In this document: positions 57,511-64,000 of the stretch, one piece after another
How positions within the stretch are numbered: position 1 is the first letter of the stretch
Layout of the letters: each line of letters begins with the position of its first letter
Assembly (NCBI RefSeq): GCF_009914755.1
Contig: NC_060932.1
Reading direction: 5' to 3' (one strand)
Origin: the human T2T-CHM13v2.0 reference genome, Homo sapiens
DNA length: 64,000 nucleotides
Notes under the pieces: model-generated
Told to the model about the DNA's origin: nothing
Database searches by the model: none
What the model saw: only the letters and a program-made list of their open reading frames with translations
Position numbers and translations under genes: made by a program

Positions 57511-57750
57511 GTAGTATAGTGTAGGGGTTATGCACTTGGGGTCAGGAGCCATACTCCCTGGATTTAAATCCCAACATCATCACTTACTGGCTTGCATAAC
57601 TAGGACAACTTTACTTTTCTGTGCCTCAGTTTGCCTTATCAGTAAAATGGGGATGGTAATCACAGGAATGTTATGAAGATTGAATGAGTGTGTCAGGTAA
57701 CTAGAGCACAACCTGGCACAAAGTAACCCTTATAGAAATGTTAGCAATTA
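57511..57750 (+). mobile_element. MIR SINE, near full length
   Basis: gtagtatagtgtaggggtta...tctgtgcctcagtttgccttatcagtaaaatggggat...aaatgttagc. Confidence 0.85.
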
Positions 57751-57920
57751 CCAAGATTATTCTAAAAATAGTTAATCTTGATCAACTAGTTGAACAGATG
57801 CTTGTAGATATTTTCTGAACCAACAACTCCCATCATGTACCATCTCTATAGCTTACTGACATTGCAAGAAGAGTCTGATTGACTCTACAAATATACCTTG
57901 AAATGCGCCATCCTCTAAAA

Positions 57921-58055
57921 CCATGGTTTTCAAAATATTATCCTCAGATCAGCAGTGTCAGAATTATTTGAGAACTTAGAAATGCAGATTATCAAGCACC
58001 CTATCCCCCACACCAGGTCCGACTGAATTAAAAATTTTGAGAGTTGAGTCCAGCA

Positions 58056-58062
<7 letters not shown>
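57921..58062 (+). mobile_element. MER5A hAT MITE, left part (right part at 59982-60050)
   Basis: catggttttcaaa...agaaatgcagatt...gactgaattaaaaa...ccagcaat. Confidence 0.75.

Positions 58063-58095
<33 letters not shown>
58056..58095. repeat. (TG)n microsatellite
   Basis: Pure run. Confidence 0.95.
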
Positions 58096-58099
<4 letters not shown>

Positions 58100-58328
58100 G
58101 GAGTGAAGGGGCAATGTAATTTTAAATCCTGGAATTATACTTGTTACAAAACAAACCTAACATTTGTTAAAAATAAACACACCTGAGACTTACTTCTTTC
58201 AATTCCAATAGAAATCCAAGCATAGAGCTTTCCAATGACATCTCTGCCTTTCTTCGAAACCATTTCGATGTCGGTTTTAGAGAGCAGGTTCTGCCACTGA
58301 GATCACCTAGGCTGAACTCTCAGCTCTA

Positions 58329-59979
58329 TTTTTTTAAGTTTATAATTGATACATAATAATTGTACAAAATGATGGAGTACAGTGTGATATACAAAGCATG
58401 CATACATTGTATAACAACCAAATCATGGTAGTTAGCATATCCATCATTTAAAACATTTATAATTTTTTTATGGTGACAAAAATTCAAAATTGTTTCTTCT
58501 GGCTATTTTGAAGTATACAGTACATTTTCTACTGCCTAACACCAGAATTTATTCTTCCTGTTTAAATATAACTTTGTTCCCATTGACCAGACTCTCTCAT
58601 TCCCCTCACCCCACCCCCTCCCCAGCTTCTGGTTGCCACTATTCTCTAATCTCTACTTCTATGAGATCAACATTTTTATATTTCATTTATGAGTGAGATT
58701 TGTGCGGTGTTTTTCTTTATATGCCTGGATTATTTTACCTAACACAATGTCCTCCAGGTCTATCTTATTTCCTTCTGTTTTATGGCTGAATAGTATTCTA
58801 TCGTATATACATATGGACCACATTTTCTTCATTCATCTACGGATGGACACTGAGGTTGATTCCATATCTTGGCTATTATGAATAGCATTGAAGTAAACAC
58901 GAGTTCAGGTATCACTTCAAAATACTGATTTCATTTCCTTAAGATGTATATCCAGTAGTGGGATTACTGATCATATGGGGGTTCTATTTTCAATTTTTGG
59001 AAGAATTCCTGTTTTCTATAATGGCTATACTAATTTACATCCCATCAAAAGTGTGTAAGTTCCTCTTTCTCCACATCCTCATCAGCATTTGTTAATTTTT
59101 TGTCTTTTTGATAATAGCCATTCTAACCAGGATGAGGTGATATCTCATTGTAATTTCGTCTACATTTTTTGATGATTAGTGATATTGAGCATATTATTAT
59201 GTGTTTGTTGGCCATTTGTATGTCTACTTTTGAAAAATATCTATTCAGATCTTTTGTCCAATTTTTCATTTTTTACTCTTTAGTTTTTTGAGTTTCTTAT
59301 ATATTTTGGATATTAACCTCTTGTCAGATATATAATTTGAAAATACTTCTCTTCATTGTGTAGGTTGCCTCTTTGATTGTTTTCTTTGCTGTGCAGGGGC
59401 TTTTGTTTTGATGTAATCCCACTTGTCTGTTTTCGATTTTGTTGCCTATGTTTTTGCAGTCTTATTTGAAAAAAAATTGTGCCTAATCCAATCTCATGAG
59501 ATGTTTCCCCTATGTTTTCTTCTAGTGGTTTTATAGTTTCGGGTCTTAATTTAAGTCTTTCGTCAATTTTTAGTTGATATTTTTTAATGTGGTGAGAGGT
59601 AGGAGTCTAGTTTCATTCTTCTGCATGTAAATATCCAGTTTTTCCAGGACCATTTATTTAAAAGACTGTTATATCCCTAATGTATTTTCTTGGTGTATTT
59701 GTAAAAAATCAATTGGCCATAAATGTATGAATTCATTTCCATTGGTCTGTGTCTGATTTTATGCCAGTACCATGCTGTTTGGTTACTATAGATTTACTGT
59801 ATAGTTTGAATCAGGTATTGTGATGCCTCCAGCTTCGTTATTTTTCCTTAACATTGCTTTGGCTCTCTGAGTCTTTTGCATTTCATATAAATTTTAAGAC
59901 TTTTTTCTATTTCTGTGAAAATTATCATTAGTATTTTGATAGAGATTGTAGACTGCTTTGAATAATATGAACATTTTAC
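58329..59979 (-). mobile_element. 5'-truncated L1MA-type LINE (~MA4-6)
   Basis: ttgatacataataattgtaca 3' end reversed; continuous L1 ORF2 reverse complement to ~59979. Confidence 0.9.
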
Positions 59980-60524
59980 GACAAACTGTGTTTAAAAAGC
60001 CTACCCAGTGATGCTAATGGCTATGTGCTCTGAAGTTCAAAGAAGCTAATAAACCCTAAAACTCCATATGTGTTCCTTATTATGAAGAATAATGTTTAAA
60101 CTACTTAAAACATAAAATTCTTATTAACTGGATAATATAATTGTTCAAAATAACAGGAATTTATCCCTGAATCTATGTTCATGTCACATATTTTAAGATT
60201 CTTTTTTAAAAATTCAAATCTACTAGCTAAAACCCCTAACTGTAGTTCAAAAACATTTTTGAAAAGAAATAATAAATTACAAAGAAATAAGACAATAGTG
60301 TGAATCAAAACCTTTTTTTTCTACTTTGAGAACTTGCATAAAAGTGGCATAGATCATACATTGGTTTAAAGAATCCTAGAACCCAGCAGTTCCTTTATTG
60401 GTTAATTATTAATTAAATATTAATTATATAATTAATTGTTAAACTCCGACTTTAGTTTTCTCAGCTTTTATGAAAACATGTAGTATTGCTTTTATAATGG
60501 TACAGTATAGTATGCAAATGCCTA

Positions 60525-60808
60525 TGGCACTATTAATCTGTTGACTTTATCTGGCCTGCAGAATTGCTTTATTTAACCTAAACGGTGTTTTAAAAATCAG
60601 GAAAATTTCTCATAAAAATTACAAATTCCAGCTTCTCTTGAAACTATAAGGTCTTACAATATTGGACCTGCATTACCACCAGCCATCTGTCCTCTAGGCC
60701 CAATAGTAGCCACTACTCTCTTGGGTTCAGAGCTTGATGGCCGCTAGCTCAGCTGAGCTCACTCTTCTCACCTGCCTGGGCACTGCAGGCATCTGATTTT
60801 GTACCTCA
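60525..60808 (+). mobile_element. MER102-like hAT-Charlie element
   Basis: atctggcctgcaga...aaaaatcaggaaaatttctcataaaaat...ttccagcttctcttgaaa...cctgcctgggcactgcaggcat. Confidence 0.75.
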
Positions 60809-61294
60809 TTCTAAAACAAGTCTGGCAAGAGATCCCCTCAGTAAATGCCAGAGGTCTTCCAAGGCCATCTATTTTTCCCATTTATCCATTAGTAAAATAT
60901 TTAAATATATCACAATATAACTTTTCCAATGGTTTTTTGGAATAGAGGGTGGGATAATGTGTTGGTAAATCTTTAAATCTAGATACTGTACTATCTTCAT
61001 TCCCTTCACATGTATAGTCAACCAATGAAGCTATTATATTTCTGTAGATTGCTTTGGGCCCAGCAGAAAAGAAGGAATTTGGCATACAATGGAAATCTGT
61101 TACTGGAGTCAATATCAACTGTGAAAGTTAGTGTTCTGAATGTGAAAACCTAGATTTGACCACTTCAAAGTTAGAATTTTAAAAATTAGGTCACAAAAAA
61201 TAAGTCAAATCCAAACGTGTTAAATATAATGTATAGAATAGGCTGTTACCACAATATTTTTTCAAACAAGAATTACTTGCTAGAAATAGCAGTT

Positions 61295-61452
61295 TAGTTA
61301 TGTCTGGAAACTTTGGTTTTAATACTAGTCCAGCTGTGAGTGGCTTTGTGGATTTGAGCTAGTCATTTAACCTCTCAGGTCCTTAGGGTACTTTTCTACA
61401 AAATGAGGAGGCTGGGCTCAGGTACCTTCCAGCTCTCAAAGTCTATTCTATC
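61295..61452 (+). mobile_element. MIR3-type SINE
   Basis: agtcatttaacctctc...aaaatgaggaggctggg...ggtaccttccagctctcaaagtctattcta. Confidence 0.7.
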
Positions 61453-62396
61453 ATTCTAGGATGCTGGGGGCAGACAATTCATTTCAGTTTTTTGTATAAA
61501 TGACATCCAGTGTCATGAAATAATGTGTCAAGAGCAGCAGCAGGGTCTTTCTATCTTGAATTTGGTTTGAAGCCAGCAGATAGGGTTGCTTGAATTCATT
61601 TTCTTTCTTTGGTGAGGGGATAGGTTTGATGACCTAATGGGCCTTTTCCATCTCTTGTATCTTTGATGAGGCTACTAGGCCTCTGAGTTGGGAACTGCAA
61701 AGAGTTACCGTGGTGAATTCTCCTTTGTAGTGATTTTCTCTTTTTGATCATGTTTGATATTTTTGCAATTGTGCTTTGATTCAGATTATATCCACTACAT
61801 AGCTCAGTGTGCTAGTGAGCTGAGACTTTGCTAAGATATAGACGCACAAGTATAGAAATTAAAAATGACAAGCTAAAGTATTGCTGCATGCTGTTTATAT
61901 ATATTATTTGAAGTAGTTGGTTGTAGGTCAGTGAAGTTCCATAATGGTTATATGGGCTTCAACAAAAAATAGTTATATATATTTTTCTGTAGAGTAGTTT
62001 ACTAGAAATGACAACAATATCTCTTTCCCTTCTGTTTTTTTTTTTTTTTCTCTTTTTCTCTGAACAATTCCTGAAGTGCATATTTCATTCAGTCCATTCA
62101 GGAAAATAAAATGGATATTTCAAGAAAATGGAGTCTGGCTTTAAGATAATTTTGACTGCATGCAAAATTAAAAAAAAATAATTTTTTCCAGGAAACACGA
62201 GTTCAGGAAAAAAAAAAACAAATTTTTTACATATCTTACCATCAAAAGTAATTTCTACAGCATTCTAAACAGTGGGGAATAGAAAAATCCTATGAAGATG
62301 GACAATTACCCACAATATAGAGTAAAGCCACCAAGCAGAAAAAGAATTTTCATAGATAGTAAACAGTTTGTTGCTGTCTACTAATTCTGAAAATTA

Positions 62397-62450
<54 letters not shown>

Positions 62451-62531
62451 TGTGTGTGTGTGTATATATATATACACACACACATACATACACATAAAAA
62501 TGGATCTATCTATCTATCTATCTATCTACAT
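62397..62531. repeat. Compound (TG)n(TA)n(CA)n(TCTA)n microsatellite
   Basis: Direct inspection. Confidence 0.92.
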
Positions 62532-63214
62532 ATTCTTACCAAAGTCACTATCTAAAGTTGAGTTCTCAATAGGGCTTTCAATTCTATAAGTAATCTGGAA
62601 AAACACTAAATTTCTTTTTATATTTTGGAGCCATCTCCAAAACCAACTTCAATTCATAGGAGCTAAAATTGAAAGAATAAGACAGGGCACAAAAGAAAAA
62701 GCTCAAACAGGAGAAGAAAGATGAAAAATTTGCAACTATTCTCCAAAGTGAGTTGAAATTATTTAAAAAAACCTAAGAATTAAATGTCAAATATGAAACG
62801 ATAGGAATTTTTCTTTTATCAACATTCTCTTAACATTAAGAATGACAGTAACATCAAATTTCTATGAATTAAGTTTACATTACTCAGAAAGCATGACAAA
62901 TATATTAATAGTAAATGAATTAAACAAAGGTCTCAAATCCAATTATAGTTGCAAATACTTGTCAAATTTTTTCTTCCTAAAATTGCCATTTAAAGTTCAA
63001 ATAAAAACAAAATAAAATCTTGAAATTCCCTTTAAGTAATTTTAATGCATAATATAGTTAAATAAATTAAAAGTAATTTTAGTATTAAGTCTTTAGTTAG
63101 AAGTAACCTTAGCCAATACCAAGATTGTGATGACTCATAAACACACTCTTCCATACTGTGCCAGTTAACAAACTGTTGAAATTATGGTCTGTTACTGTTT
63201 TGGAAAAAATGGTA

Positions 63215-63597
63215 TTATTTTAAAATACATATTTCAGGGATACAAGGGCAGGTTTCTCACATGCATTTATTTCACAGTGGTGGAGTCTGGGCTTTTAGTG
63301 TTCTCATCCCCCTAGTAGTGACCATTGTACCCAATAGGTAATTCTTCAACCCTCACCCTCCTCCCACTCCCTTACCTGTGGTAGTCTCCAATGTCCATTA
63401 TTCCACTCTCTATATCTACATGTACCAATGGTTTAGTCCCGACTTATAAGTGAGAATATGGAGTATTTGGCTTTCTGTTTCTGTGTAACTTTATTAAGGA
63501 TAATGGTCTCCAGTTCCATCTATGTTGCTGCAAAGACTTTCTTTTTATAGCTGAGTTGTATTCAATGGTATACATATACCATATTATCTTTATCCAT
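63215..63597 (-). mobile_element. L1PB (PB4-like) 3' end
   Basis: agtggtggagtctgggcttttagtg...ttgtacccaataggtaatt...ggataatggtctccagttccatc. Confidence 0.85.
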
Positions 63598-64000
63598 AGA
63601 TTAAATTTTGACTACCATTGTTCTTGCTTTAAAACAGAGGTCTTTTGTTGAAAAACAATATTTCTATTCTTGGAAAAGCATGAAGGCTAGAATCAGACTC
63701 ACGAGAAAATAAAACTAGTTTAAGGAAAGTTAACGTTTAAATTAGGCAAGGAAGATATGCTTGACAAAGATAGTTTCCACTGAGCCACTCTCCCTATCTA
63801 TTTTTCTAAATTCAAGTCATGGCCAATAAATAGAAGTTCCTATTCCAATGGGTATTCTAGTTCTTATTGTTAGCTTTTACTCACTAACAATAAAGAAGAG
63901 TGTTTTTCATGACACTCTTAACTTTTGCCAAAGGAATCTGTTTTTTTTTTTTTACACGAAGATGTACATCAAAATAATTCTTCACATTGATAGAAACAGT

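Overview
AT-rich, CpG-depleted primate (most likely human) intronic or intergenic DNA. I found no protein-coding gene, RNA gene or CpG island. The longer ORFs in the track come from Alu, THE1, L1 or simple repeats, and none of the short ORFs in unique sequence resembles a protein family I recognise. The window is a layered transposon record: about 12 Alu-family SINEs (FAM/FLAM/FRAM monomers to AluY), two full-length THE1 MaLR elements plus a solo THE1D LTR, a decayed ERVL (HERV16-like) provirus with nested MLT1A and LTR8, L1PA/PB/MA/MC/MD/ME fragments, many L2/MIR relics, hAT MITEs and a piggyBac MER75. The most interesting observations are: a 50-nt non-repeat sequence retroposed with a poly(A) tail and a 16-bp TSD inside THE1D; a probable ancient L1 3' transduction splitting a MER5A; an old ~245-bp duplication; a perfect DUX4-type motif kept only in the THE1D 5' LTR; and a perfect CpG-retaining hairpin. 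I see no support for a novel multi-gene system. Subfamily names come from recalled consensus sequences, and boundaries of old elements are approximate.
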